In this document: positions 1 to 16,379 of the stretch, piece by piece
Position numbering within the stretch: the first letter of the stretch is position 1
Layout: every line of letters begins with the position of its first letter
NCBI RefSeq assembly: GCF_009914755.1
Contig: NC_060926.1
Strand: one strand, 5' to 3'
Source of the DNA: the human T2T-CHM13v2.0 reference genome, Homo sapiens
Length of the DNA: 64,000 nucleotides
The notes under the pieces: model-generated
Database searches by the model: none
What the model saw: the letters and a program-made list of their open reading frames with translations, nothing else
What the model was told of the DNA's origin: nothing
Translations under genes and position numbers: made by a program

Positions 1-199
1 AGCCAGAGCCCTGCTAAAACTTTTAATGTAAAATTTATTTATTTGCACTGAGCTGTTTTACCTTCTTTAAGGCCATTGGGACCTCTCAATGATGCATATG
101 TTTCATACATCTTGTATTTTCCAGGTAGAAGTCAGACTTGGTTAATACCAATAAATACTTCTGTAATCCTATTGGCTCACTTACCTTTATAATGAAGTA

Positions 200-596
200 T
201 ATTCTGTGTAAGGTAATTCTTCCAGTGATGGTCTGAGTAGTAGAGTCTTAGCTTTGTGTGTCTGAAAAGGTCTGTTTCATTCTGAAGAATAATTTAGCAG
301 GCTGTAGGATTCTATGTTCATAGTTTTTTTCCCTCCCTCAGCACTTTGAAGATTTTTAACTCATTGTCTTCTGTCACCTAATGTTACAGATAAGTCTGCC
401 ATTACCGTAATTTTCTTTCCTTTGTAGATAATCTATCTTTTCACTCTAGGATATTTGCATGATTTTCTCTCTATCCTCTAACATTTTTCAGCTTCATTAT
501 GATTTGACTAGTTGTAGATTTGTTATTTTTTTTTTTTTGCTTGGTATTTGGTATGTACTTTCAATCTGTGGGCTCATGTTTTCAATTCTGGAAAAT
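200..596 (-). mobile_element. Ancient L1M fragment (ORF1-region-like); probably resumes at ~2860-3300
   Basis: T-rich degenerate L1M antisense motifs (gtctgaaaagg...aatttagcaggctgtaggattcta...agcactttgaagat). Boundaries approximate. Confidence 0.55.
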
Positions 597-767
597 TCTT
601 AAATGTGCCTGCATATTGGAATCACATGGGGACCTATAGAAAATTCTGGTGTCTGGGTTCCACCCCCAGAGACTCTGATACAATTAGTTTGGGGTATGCC
701 CTGAGCATTAGGATTTTTAAAAGTTCCCCAGGTGATTCTGATGTGCAACCCAGGTTGCCACTCACTG
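597..767. mobile_element. MER5A-like hAT-Charlie DNA transposon fossil
   Basis: ggaatcacatgggga...ccacccccagagactctgat...ccccaggtgattctgatgtgca, typical MER5 internally palindromic layout. Confidence 0.75.
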
Positions 768-779
768 GTGTAGTTATGC

Positions 780-2854
<2,075 letters not shown>

Positions 2855-5800
2855 TATTTATTTATTTTTTAGATATTTATCATCCTAGGTGTTCTGAGAT
2901 TTTACTACAATATGTTTAGGAGTGAGTCTTTTTCTGTTAATCATGTTCAGTCAGATATATCTTTTGAATTCTGGGAAATTTACTTCTATATTTGCTGTTA
3001 GTGTTCCTTTTTTCACTTTCTCTTTTCTTTTCTTCTAAAAGTCCTCTATTCTAGACATATTTGACCTTCTGTTTCTGTTTTTTTATATAGCCCTTAGCTT
3101 TTCTTTGTTGTGTTACCTTCTAGAAGAATTACATAACTGTTGTTCCAGCTCAGCGAGTTGCTCTTCAGCTGTATCCATCCATTCAGCCCATCAGTTGAGT
3201 TTTTAATTTTATTGATAGCAATTTTAATTTCTAAGATTACTGTACTTTGAAATGGAAGTATATTGCCCTTCTTGTATTTTTTCTAAGGACATTAATTGCT
3301 CTTCTAAAGTTCGAAGCACTTCTAAAGAGCCATTGCAGGGAAGGGTGGGATGAGCCTGCCACCAGCTGATCTCCAGATGTGAGTGCCCCTGGTTTGCCTT
3401 GGGCACATCGCCATGCTTCTTGAGACTGTCCACACTTAACACTTACATCATGGGGTAGATACCATGCTGTCTCTGCCTGGTCAAAGGTTGGCAAGCAGGA
3501 GAAGTGTAGAAGGGTTGGCCAGACTGGCTGCTTTCACAGAAGCCTGGTTGAACCCATAAGGTCAGTTGCCCTTGGCATTTCCAGCTCCCAGCATCAGCTA
3601 CCTCTGAGCTTAGGATGCCCCTAGTTTCATATTTAGCAAGTCCTCTCCTTGAGTATTTCAAGCTGTGGTTTCCCTCCATCCAGCTACTCACTCTTGCTTT
3701 CAGGGATTCCTTGTAGTTTCTAGTTCACAGAATGTACTTATTTTGCAGTATAGTTGTGGATTCCTTTTCTTTTTAAAAATATCTTTTCTTTTTGTTATTT
3801 CTGTGGATTTAGGGTAGGTGGAAGAAGCTGCAGCATGCCTGCCCAGCTGACCTGATTCAGCTTTCCCCACCACTTTTTGATACCACAAAATCATGCTATC
3901 TCCCTGGTCATTTGTCTTTACCTTTCAAAAACTCGGTTTAATTAGGAGCTGAGATAAATAGGTTAAGTCAGTGGTTTCTTACTGGGCCTCGATAAAAATT
4001 GGGATGTAGAGGGGTTTTTTCCTCCTTGAAATACATATAGTTCATTCAGTTCATTGTGCCAGCAAGTATACTGGCATCTGCTCTTTTATGCCTCCCTTCT
4101 TTTTATCACTGATCAGATCTGTGAAACCTGTCATCTTTGTGATTTACAAGATAGACTTTTCCAGGCTATGTCAACTGTTCTGAAGACAATGTTGTTAAGT
4201 ATCAGATTTGGCAGATCAGATAGATAATGATGTGCCTTGGAAAGACTGGGCTATTGATGAGCCTCGTGTCAAAACTGATTGCCATATATGGGCGATTTTT
4301 CCTTTTCACTGTTTCCCTGGTTTCAGTTTCTGTGAGGATTTTCTTGAACAAGGGCAGTTTTAATTCCAAATCAAAATTGTGCTCTAGTAACTGTGTCCTC
4401 TGCTGCTTTCACATGGCAGCATTTATGGCTGCTAATCATTCTGTGGCCTCCCCGAAGGTGGGCTTTAAAAGTAATGGGCACTTGGAAAACATATTGCCAT
4501 TTAAAAACAATCATTTTTGATTGCCATTCCGAAAACCATAAATCCATCTACTGCTACTGTGCTTCCATGAGACTGTTTCATTTGCAAGATTTGCTTCTCT
4601 TTTAGAAACGCTTTTTGAGGAAACTTGCACAGAATGTGATCATGGACCAATTCATTGTGATGAGCAGTTGAGTAGACAAAGCAAAGAAATAACTCAAGTG
4701 CTGAAACTGTTTGTTTCAGAAGAAAAGTTTCTAAAATGCATTCACTGGGAATTTCTGCCATTGGATCAAACTCATTTCTATTCCCTTTATAGTCATCACA
4801 TGTCACTCCTAGATCTTTTGGGAATGTCTGCTCCACCAAAGTATGACAGTGGCAGTTCTGTTTTGAAACGATTCTTTCTGCTTATATTAATAAAAAAGCT
4901 TGAGATTTTCTAGCAGGACATTACAGAGAGGCAGAGTGCTGGCCCATCACCTCAGGATCAGCTGGATGCACCTGGGGTGCATAGTCTCACACCCTGGGCT
5001 TGAGAAGCTTGCAGACTGACAAATTTAAGATGAAACTTAAAAGATGTTTATAAAGACAAATCTCTGTGGAATTTTCAAAGTCCCAGATCCTAGTGCATAT
5101 CAAGATCCTGTCTGTCCTTGAGAAGGCACGTCAGGGCATGTTGAAGCGTGTCTTCCCAGAATGTGTGTAAAATTCATACTAAAGTTGAGTTTGGTTCAGC
5201 TTTTTTCCCCAGAAAGAATAAGTTAGTGATCCTTAAATATTGTTTGGTAATCTGATTTTGAAATGGCAGCTTGTTTTCATTGATTTGTAACTTGGCTTTA
5301 CAATAACCGGGTTTATTTCCCACTTACGTGACATGTACAGTCTGGTTTGTGGGAGACTGTGCCCCACTGCAGACAGGCAGCCTCACTCGCTTGCCAAGGC
5401 AGGGGAAGAATGGGCATGGGTTCTCAAACTCACTCTTCTCTGCTTGGGCCTAGAAGGAATGTACTGCACTTCTGCTCCACACATTGGCCAGAACTAATCC
5501 TGTGGCCCTAACTGCAAGGGGGCTGGGATGTGTAACCCCTCCTCCAAAGGGAGAGGAGAACCAAATATTGGTGATCCCTGGTAATGTCTGCCACAGTTGT
5601 AAAACGTTTTGCGGTGCTCTGTTCACAATAGAATACTTTACTCCCTTAGTGATTGATAGTGAACATGACTATAAGAAAATAGTTTTTGGTGGCAAAGTTT
5701 AAAACAAAATTATGGTCTTTACCTAAAGTGTAAACTTTGTATCTAAGTCTTGGAGTGGTGAGAAAGAAGGAAGGGATTCACTTTCATCTTTTCCTCTCGC

Positions 5801-6364
5801 CTAGAAGGAGAAATGTGTGGGAGGGAATGAACCAGGTGTCTTCCTGGTGCCTCCTGGGAATGTCCCCAGCACACGTCTGTGGGTATTGACGCCATTTTAC
5901 GGCTGCCAACATCCACATTTTTCTGGGTGGCACAGCAGAGTTTCAAACCCTGGTTTGACTTCACTCCAATGACCAAAGACTTTCCTCATCACCACAGACC
6001 TGTCTGCTGTCCCTGAAAGTCCCTTCGCTGCCGCTCCTGCCTCATGTTGCATATGCATTTCTGACGGAATTCCAATGCCGTCGCTTAGAATAAGTGACTT
6101 GGCATTGTGGGCATTGCTGATAGGAATGCAATCTTAGCTTTTTAGTAGAAAAGTGTAAGACTTTGTAGACGTATTCATGTTGAATGTGTTCCTCCACTCT
6201 GGAGTCTGAGTTTGTTTAGAAAGTTAATAAAAAGCATTTCTAGAAAGCCTGGGAATGACCTTGACTCGGACCTCAAGCCCCTTTCCATAGCAGATGTTCT
6301 GTCCTGCTGCAGCTTCCAGAGACCCAGACCCATGTGGAAATCTGACAGATAGGAAAGAGATAGG

Positions 6365-6681
6365 TTTTTTTTTTTTTTTTTTTTTGAGAGATGGAGTCTT
6401 CCTCTGACACCCAGGCTGGAGTGCAGTGGTGCAGTGGTGTGATCATGGCTCACTACAGCCTCAACCTTCAGCCAGGGCAAGCAGTCCTCCCACCTCAGTC
6501 TCCCTAGTAGCTGGGACCTCAGGTGCGTGCCTGGCTAATTTTGTTTACTTTTGTTTACTTTTTGTAGAGACTGGGTCTCAGTATGTTGCCCAGGCTGGTC
6601 TCAAACTCCTGAGGTCAAGCAATCCTCCTACCTCAGCTTCCCAAAGTGCTGAGATTTCAGGAGTGAGCCACTGCACCCAGC
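6365..6681 (-). mobile_element. AluJ SINE
   Basis: Poly-T plus diverged antisense Alu (gatcatggctcactacagcctcaacc); degenerate TSD gaaagagatag / gaaaagagacag. Confidence 0.9.
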
Positions 6682-7284
6682 TGAAAAGAGACAGTCTTCA
6701 CAGGTTTTGACTTCTCACCTTGTTTAAAGGTTTAGTGTGAGAGAAGTCTGTATGAATGATTGTGCTGGAGTCATTTTTGATGTGACCCATACTATATAAG
6801 TGGCTAGCTTTGTGGGAGCCATGTGCCTGGGCTGTATTGATGGTACATTTTGTAAGAGGAAGAGCAGCATGTTGACACTGATCAGGAAAGCTCTGAAAGG
6901 TGTGGGCATAGGTACCGATGGGGTTCAAAGGAAGGAGCAGACCCAGCTGGAGGAGGCCAAGGCCTTTCTCCTTGGATGGTATGGACAGGAAACCCACGTG
7001 GACAGATTCGTGCATGTTCTCTCAAGAACCGAAAGTCTGGTCTGGTGGTAGTAAAGTCGCAGGTAGAGGAAGTGGGTGGAAGGGAGGACTTCTAAAACAT
7101 AGGGATTGGCTTCTCTTTGAGGATTTAAATGGCTCCTGTACTCATGTTTCTTCTCAGGCAGGGTCTACAGCTGTCCATGGGGGTTCCTTTTAGGAGGCCT
7201 GCAAGTAAGACTGCCACACCCACCACAGTTCCTGGTGTTCCCTTTATTAAAAAGCATCATTGCCAGGCTCTTATGCAAAAAGAA

Positions 7285-7586
<302 letters not shown>

Positions 7587-7679
7587 ACATTCTGAGTCTG
7601 ATCAAGGTGTGTGATCTTGGGTTGTGGTGGAGAGAGCCAGGGAAGAGTCAGCTGTGGGAGAGAGATAACGCAGGCTTTA

Positions 7680-7860
7680 ACTCTGGGTGAGTTACTCGCA
7701 GACTGGGACTCTGGGCATGTTCCTCATGCTTTCTAAACTTCAGGTTGCTACCTGTAAGATGGAGACACAATACCACTTTTGTCTGAGGGCTGTTAACATT
7801 AACTGTGATAACATTTCAAAGGCTTAGCTCATAAGGGCTTTCCAGTGAAGTATTGGTTCC
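7680..7860 (+). mobile_element. MIR fragment
   Basis: MIR core-like ctgggcatgttcct...aacttcaggttgctacctgtaagatgg. Confidence 0.55.
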
Positions 7861-10269
7861 TTTCCCTCTCTCCTCATTCACTTCAAAGCATGAGTGTGGA
7901 GCCAGCACATTGGCATTTACTTTGGATTAGGTTGCTTCCCTAATGTTTCTGTCAAAATGAGAGGAAGCATAGTACACAAATCACTGTGCTTGCTGACACC
8001 TTGCCACAGCTCCACTCATCGGTTAGTTAACAGGGAGCAAATTCTTAAGGACATAGGACAGAAACTGGCTGGTTGTTATTATACTGATTAATTGATTGAT
8101 TGACGGCAGGGATGAGGGTTTGGCCAGTTCCGGCAGGGGCTGCTTCCATGGAGGGAAGCTTAGGTAGGGTGCCGCAGGATGGCATGAGTCTGCTGGAGAG
8201 CGAGGAAAGGAGATGGGAGGTAGGAGATAGATTTTGTCAGCATCTTATTTTCACCTAGGGATGATGGCTCTGTCCTCATACTTTATAGTGTCACCACCGT
8301 GAGAGTGCAGTCTCCTGAGGGAGGAGTTACATTTTAATTAGCCACAAGGTACCTGATTTCTGATGTATCAGTCCTTTTCTCTAGGCCTCATTGTTTCGGA
8401 TTATTTTTGCCCATGTCCTCCACTTGCCTACTCCTTTCATTTGTATCAGAAGGAAACCACCAAGCAGCCTGGAAATCCTGTTACCAGACCTCAGGATATT
8501 AATTGTCAAGTTCTCCCCCACGGTTACACAAGTGCTGAAAAAGTGGTTCTCTTTCAGTAGTGTCTTGTCAAAATGCCAGGCACAGTTTGTTTTTGACGTT
8601 TGCTGCTATTGTTAAATAATAGTCTTGCTTCTGTCATAGCTAATGTTGACTTGAAGGCATTTGGAGGGCATTTCTCAACTCCAGCCTTAACAGCAAGACC
8701 TGGGTCTTGACATATTTTTCTTGCTTGCCCAGGGCAACTGAGTATAAGGGTTGCAACCTTTGCTTTTCTAAGCTCCAAGAAAATTTCAGCTGGGTATGCA
8801 CCACCTTAAGCCATAGATCCAGTCGTATTCACACATGCACACACAGACATAAACCCACAGACACAAAGACACACACACACAGACAAGTTGAAGTTCTTGA
8901 AGTTTTGCCATCCTAGGAATCACATTTAAATAACTTAAACAGTATCCCATATTAGGACTCCTCAAATCCAGCTGTTCTGCCTTGGTAAACCTCTATCAGA
9001 ATGTCATACTTAATTACACATCTGTTTAAAAATCAACATGCATTTTTATTGTTTCTGTATTTGCAATGGAGCAAGCCCCTGAACGCTGCTCATCTAGCTG
9101 CATGCATGGCGTACCATCTGTCAGAGAGAAGCTGGGTTCTTCATGCACAGCGCTTTCTTGTGTTGCTATGTCCATTAGAAATTTCATTTCTGCTCCCTTT
9201 CCCACTTTTATGTGAAGGCATCTTTTGAGTTTTTCCTCTCAAGCCTTACAGGCGACATGTAGAGACCTTCTTCTAATGGGATCGTTATTTCTGAAATGTT
9301 CACCATTTATGAGGTAATGGAGAGGGGGGCAAGAAAAAAATGGGCAGAGTGAGTGAGAACTGCTCAAGAATTCTGTGGAACTGCGTAGGCGTTGGCATTA
9401 TTTGTATGTGAAGAGGCCAAGAAATGCACAGTTGGTTTCAAAATAAATACCAAAGGAATGGTTAATTACACAAGTCTGTTTTGCATTTCTAGAAAAATAG
9501 AAATATGTCAGTCATTCGGATTTCCAATAACTAAGGCAACATGGGTTTGGAGGCTTATTTATATATGGAGTTGCAGATTGTAGACCTAATGGTGTGTTCT
9601 GCTACATACTTTTCCGTGAGTATCTCTGTGTCCCTAAATTCAATTTCACTTTCTACCTTTGAGAATAATTTTTAGAGATTTCCAAAATTACAAAATGTGA
9701 GCATATGAATTATTCTGTCATCACCTCTTACATCTCTCAATTTTTAGAGATTTCCCAAATTACAAAATCTGAGCATGAATTGTACTACCATCACTTCTTT
9801 TTCTTTCATGAGGTAATATTATTTGAGAGACTAATTTTAGATGTCAACAGTTTGTCTTCCTCCGAGAGGAGTTTGGGTTTCTTTACGATAAACATGCAAT
9901 TATCCCATGATGACTCGTATATATTAAACAGCCATTTAACTGACATATAAGACTCAGAAGAATGGTAAAGTTGGAAGAGGCACTAAAATTCATTTAGAAC
10001 AGCCCAATCTTGTCATTTTACAAACGCAGAAGCAAAGCCACAAATTGATTACGTTTGTCCCGAGTTCTACAACCAGTCAGTGGCAGAATCAGACATTTCA
10101 GTAGCTTTAGCGTGATGTTACATTTCAATTTATGAAAGATGGAAATTTAATTTTATAATTATGCAAGGTTTACAGCAACATAGCATGTATGTTGACAACT
10201 GGTAGGAAATGGACATTTATGAATTATGAATGTTTCTATTATGAAGGGCAATTATTACCTTAAGTAGTA

Positions 10270-10470
10270 GCTGGTAATGAACACTGAATGCCTACTATGT
10301 GCTTTACATACACCACCTCATTTCAAGTCCCCAATAAAGCCATAAAGTTGATATTACAATCTATAAAGTATAAGGTCAGTACTTCATATGTGAAGAAACA
10401 GAGGCTTAGAGAGATTATACACAACCTGCTAAGGCCACACAGCTAGTATGTACAGCTGGGCATAGAGCCA
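10270..10470 (-). mobile_element. MIR fragment
   Basis: tgaatgcctactatgtgc...gaagaaacagaggcttagagagatt...aaggccacacagctagt. Confidence 0.65.
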
Positions 10471-11349
10471 GGCCCTTGTTCTTTTTCCCAGGATGCAATC
10501 TGCACTGCCTGTGGGTGTCAACACAGAAAGTTGGTGGAATCTGGTTTATTCCTATACAATGTTAGATGTGGAACTTAAACATATATGTGGAAGTTATGCT
10601 CTTGCCCTTTCTAAACAAGTGTAAGTTTTAATTGAGGCAAGGAACAACTTCACTAGTATAATTCTTGGCAAAGAAAGGAGTTCTGAGCCTGAGATTTACT
10701 ATTTTGTGGTGCAGTAAGTTGGATGTCTTGAAACAAGAGGTTTGGAGAAAGATTATTTGCGTCATGACTTATTAAAGTGGAAATATTTATAAATCAAAGA
10801 ATTGGGTTATATGGTCTCATAATGAAGAAGCAGAATGTAAGGTACACCTTACCAGATGCAATTTAATTTATGACTTACATTTGAACCTCTAAGTCATTAA
10901 ATATAGTCTTCAATTTTAAGACCGAGGTTGGCATGTCCAGAAGAGAATAACTATGAAATGCACACATCGTTTTCTCAATTTTCATTAGACTTGCATATGA
11001 AAAAAATCACAAGCATTATTTATGAAGTTTGAAGTGATTTCTGCATACTTTGATCTTTTATATTTTGACATTCATGACCTTAGTGAAGACAGGACAGTAA
11101 AAATATGATTAGGCTAATTGTCAGATCAAGGACTCTGATTAATGAAAATAAATGGAAGAGGTTGATTATTTTTTTCTTCCTCTGCCCCCCTTTACCCTGG
11201 AAAGAATATCCTAGAAACCACATTAAACTGCACTTCCCCTGAGCACATCCTTCCTAACTAGGCTAGTCGTGAAACTGGAGTGCAAGGCCAGGTGGAGGAA
11301 TGGGGTTGACTCAATGGCAATCCAAGGCTGACAGCTGTGCTAATGGATG

Positions 11350-11990
11350 ACTTAGGCAAGAAATACAGTGATTGACTCATGAAATGAAAAGCAGGACTGG
11401 TCTCATGGACAGCTGGGATTCAGACTTCAGAAAGCCTCCATCAGGACTTAGCTTCTTTCCAGCCCTTTGCCCTTTCTGCTGTGTTGGCCTTAGTCTTGTG
11501 CTTCACAGTGGCAGGATGGCTTTGGCAGCTCCATCCTCATGTCCTCTCCCCTCCACATCCCACCTCTCTGAAGTCTCAGCAAAAGTCTCATGATTTATTG
11601 GCTTTGGTCAGGTCAGGTGTCCATTGCTGAAAACCAATTCCCATGGCTGGTTCTCCACAGAAAAAAATAAAATATGACAAAAATGAGGGTAAACGTAAAA
11701 AACAGAAAACAAACAAAAAAAACTGTCCTATGTCAGAGCCAAAAAATCATAATGAAGTGGAAGCTGCAAAAGCAAGAGAAAGGCATGAGTTACAGAGAGA
11801 AGCAGAAGTTGGAGATGAGGAAAAGGGGAGGATGGGGGAGAGCGAGAGGGAGGGAGGGAGACAAAGCATCTGACATTTTTCTACTTCCCCTGAAACCTGT
11901 GCTTTCCTTCCAATAAACTCTTTAAAAATGATTTAAAAGTTGAGTGGTTTTCTGTTCTTTGTAACCAAATGACCATGACTAAGATATTTT
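11350..11990. mobile_element. Old MLT1 (MaLR) LTR fragments
   Basis: ggcaggatggc...gcagctcc, attggctttggtcaggtcaggtgtccatt and LTR-end-like ttctgttctttgtaaccaaa. Confidence 0.45.
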
Positions 11991-13879
11991 GCTAATGTTC
12001 CCTTTACCAAGTAAGGCTGGATTCCATGTGACATGTAAGTTACAGAGGCCCTACAGTTGACTGTGTTCCTCTGTGGGAAGAGAAAACTGCTTGCCAAACA
12101 GATCAGAGATTTTTTCTTTTTGGAGCAATTAGATATATGGTTTGAAATAAATGATCTTGGAGGCCCATGAAATTTGAGGTTCTGGGGTTCTCTGGTTTTC
12201 AAACAATACCTACACTCAGTTTCATGCAAAACTAACCATTTTTCAGCCCAGCCCAACTTTCTCACTTGGTGTAGAGGAGGAGTTGCTGTAGTTAAGCATT
12301 AACCGGCTGCACTTCCTCTTAAGTGGAATCTTCTTTGCAAGTGAGAACATTTAGGCCAAGGGGGTTGGAGACACCATTGAAGCAGTTCTCTTGAGTCTGA
12401 GCTGAACCACAAGGAGACCATTTCAGAATCTTGTTTGAAATGAAAACTAGGAGAACTGGGAAAGGAAATTCTAGAATCTCTCCAAGAAATTCATCCCAAA
12501 TTTTAGCTACTTTCATCTTCATCTGGCGTTTACCACATACTAATATTAGGTTAGAGGGCTCGTGAGTCAATTTTTTCTTTAAGATAATAGGAATGCATTT
12601 TATTCAGTTTCTGCTGTAGGGCCCAAAGTAGGCAGGTAGTGGGACTACTTTATAGTGCCACGATTTGAGATAAAGACCGCTGTTTCTGTTCCCATACCCC
12701 TCACAGAGATTCTGTGTCACTAGAGGGCCAGGTTTCTGGGGCTTGCTGTCGATCTCACCTTGCTGGCTCATCGTGAATGAATGCAGGTGGAACACCACCA
12801 GTCACAGCATCAGAATGCCTTTCTGAAAGCCTCTTGTGTGGATTGTCCAGGAGTGTCACCCTTAGTCATCTGGCTTAGGTCCCTGCCCCACCCAGCTAAA
12901 CAACTTTGATTTTTGGCAAGTCAAGTAACTCCACTGGGATAGAATGTCTTTGGAATTTCCGAATGAAATTCTCTTATCTTGCCAAAACCATTATGTCCTT
13001 TCTTAGTAAAGTTGATACACTGGGTCAGTCTCCCCAGATATGTCATAACTCCTTTCTTTTTTCATAATTACTGGAATGAATGTGGAATGGAATGAAAAAA
13101 TAATAAAAATCTCACCATCTGAAGCCAAGCTATGCAGGGAGATGTTAGATCACTTTTGGCAACAGAGAAAGGCTCTGCAAGCTGGACTTGGAGATAAATA
13201 CCAGCAGCTCATCCCTTTATGTACTATATTTTAATGGCCATCCTCTCCCCTGAGGGCTGACTAGTATTCTCTCCTATTGGCTAACATTAGTTCTTACTTG
13301 TTCTGGGAAAATGCCTGTTTCCAAGGGTGACACCCACAATCTATAAACAAAGAATGAAGGTCATGTGCATGGGAATTGGAGAGAGAGGAGGTGCTTATAA
13401 AAAATACAAGTCTTCCCACCTAGAAGGATTTGGCCCTTGTGGAATTTTAGTTTTCTTTACTTCCAATCCCCCCAGTCCTAAATCATTTTATATATCCTAG
13501 TAATATTAAACATGAATGTATTCCACAGCTGGGTGATTTATTCAGGACTCAAAAAGTATACATTATTTAGATAATATTTGATTACATCATCTTTATTTCT
13601 CCTATGGTGCTGGCCCTGCAGTCCTGTGAGGTGAGGTAGGCAGGAGTTGCTATTAAACCATTAACCCATGTCATCCAGCAAATGACAACCTCTTGCTGCC
13701 ACAAATACAGCTTCTGTGCATTGTGAGGGGCAGCGATGCACAGCAGGAAGGCTCTGGATAAAGGTCCAAATACCAGGGGTCTAGTTTTAGTTCTCCCGGC
13801 AGCTTGCTTAGCAGACTCAAGTTCCTGTTTCTTCACGCATGTAGTGAAGCCAGTGGGTGAGTTGGTCTCTAAAAGCGGC

Positions 13880-14100
13880 AACAGAGCACAGTGTCTCAGG
13901 CTGGGGCCCCGGCTCTGCTGCTCACTAGCAGTTTGAACCTGCGCAAGTTATTTTACGTCCACGTGCCTTGCTTTTTTTTTTTTTAATTTGTAAAATGGTG
14001 GCATTATAAATTGATGTAAGAGTTAAATAATCTAAAACATACAAAATATCTAGAAGAGAACTTGTCTCATAGTAAGTGCTTAGGTGTAATTATTAGCAAC
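13880..14100 (+). mobile_element. MIR
   Basis: ggctctgctgctcactagcagtttgaacctgcgcaagtta...tgtaaaatgg...atagtaagtgct. Confidence 0.65.
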
Positions 14101-15814
14101 ATCACCATTTAAAATCCCCCACCAAGCCATGAGTAGGACCTTGTCCTACCCACCATGGAGATATAAAAGGAGGACTGAGTTTTCCAACTTGATTTGGGAA
14201 ACAAAATTTATGTATAGGAAAGATAGAAAACAATAAAAAATTACCTGATTGAATAAAAAGTTGATTCTTCCTCCTTTCAAATAATACCAATAAAAATGAG
14301 AAAATATAGACCTTGTTGAATTTTGGGGCAGGGGCCTTTCTTTACAGCCAGAGTGATGTTTGATTGGAGATGATCTACAGACCCTGTGATTTCTCCATAC
14401 TCTACCTTCCCGCAGGAACTGGCACCTCCTCGGCCTCTCTACATCTCAGTTTCGAAAAAGCAGCACATCCTCTCAAATCAATTTGACTGAAAATAAAGAT
14501 ATAAAAAGACCTAAGCGACATAATCACAAACGTAGATATGATGGATAGATGTCATACTATGTGCCCTGAAGTTAGGGAATATATTTTAGTTTCGAGTGCC
14601 CATGGAACAGCCACAGTAATTAATCCTACCATTGACCATTGCAAAGAAAATCTCGATGTCAAAAAGTAGCAATAACTTCAGGCTAACTTGGACTTGTTCT
14701 TGTGCAAACAGCCTACGCATGGGTTCTGATAAACCACATACCATCCCAGGCCCATAATGTTGGTCTAACGCTCACATTGGATAAAAGAGGAAAACAAAAC
14801 CTTAAGTGATTTGCTCAAGTCCTTCTGGCAGAGCCTGGACCTCCAATCTTTCCGTTACTTTCCTCAAAAAGGAACTGCAAAGTGGTTAACTGGGCAGTAT
14901 TGCCCAAGACCACCCAAAGGGTCCTGATGTATCCTTAGACATGTATTGCAGCATGCTGCAGCAATTCTACTGTGTTTATCGAGGATCTACTCTGAGCCCG
15001 AACTGGAGACATAGAGCCAGAAGATATGCCCCCTTCCTCCAGAGAGCTCAGACTTAGGGATAGACAGGCTGGGACACCTGCAAATACCTGTTACTACAGA
15101 ACTGCACTCAAGATGCACAAGAAGCCCACAGGAAACCTGCAAAACTAGCCCTGGAGGTCAGGCCAACCTTCCCAGAGTTTTAAGGGATAAGTTGGAGTTT
15201 GCAAGATAAAGAGGTGAGGAGTGGTACAAACCCAGTGTGAGAAGAGAGACCTTTGCCAAGCTGCCTCTCTGTCCAAAGGGCCCTCCACCTCCCCTGCTGA
15301 CCATTTTCACTCTCCAAGTGTCCCCTCCTCAGAGACAACCCAAGAAGACACCCTCTTGTTTCTCACCCACTGATTGGTTGGTTTGTTGTTTGTCCTTGTA
15401 TCCCTGGCCCAGTTCAATGCTTGAATCTAGTAGGTGCTTGGTAAATATTTGTTAAGTGAATGAATGATTTATAAGTTGTGTTCTTGAAGGAAAGCTGGCC
15501 AGAATTTTTGCATCAGTATGTTCAGTTTCTCCTGTGGCTAGCATGAAAAGCCATTCAGGTGCTTATTGTTTTCTGAAAGAGCCTGTACTAAGTGTGTGAA
15601 GGCACAGCTAATGACTTCAAATATTGGGGTTGAGAACAGTCATTCCCTAACCTGGGTCCTCTTATCCCTCTTTGCTTTGCTCCGCCCCCACCCCCTCTCC
15701 GCGTTCCACACATAACTCATTCTCTGCTCACAAATCAGCAAGGTTGGCAAGGAAGTCTTTTGGTGAAAATTTTGGGGGGCTGCCTGAGGGCTATATGCAT
15801 ATGTTCCATTGTTA

Positions 15815-16000
15815 TTTATTATTTGCTGTGTGATATTCAGCTGCTCACTTAACTTCTCCAAGGCTTAGTTTCTCCCTCTGCAAAAGAGAAATGTCATCAT
15901 GTCTACCTTGTTTATTGGCCATGTTTTTGCAACTCATAACAGAACACCTTGTATGTAATAGATGCTCAATAAATGGGGGCTGAGTCAGTTGCTACTATTA
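15815..16000 (+). mobile_element. MIR
   Basis: tgctgtgtgat...cacttaacttctccaaggcttagtttctccctctgcaaaa...gatgctcaataaatg. Confidence 0.65.
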
Positions 16001-16379
16001 TTGGTGATGGTGACAGTGTGTTTAGCGTTTCATTCATCAGTCTCAGCACATTGCAAATACCAATGAGCAGAACCTCCTCCTCCATCCCGTTATGTCTCTG
16101 TGTGCAGAGAGCAGTAATGAGTAGACAAAGATATTGAGAAATTAATTAATCAGTACTAAATGAGTGAGGCAGTGAAATGTGAAGTCTGGAAAGACAAAGA
16201 CAAATACAAAAAATAAGACTAAAAACAAAGACTTTTTCTATCACAAGGAAAAATGCTCCTCTAGGTTAAGGACTCAGGACTCTTGTTGGAAGTAAATTCT
16301 TGGTATCTAACCTAAATTTGTCACCCTTCAACTTCCTTTGAATTCTTGGAGGATCCTCGCTTGTTTTCCTCTTTCTGTT

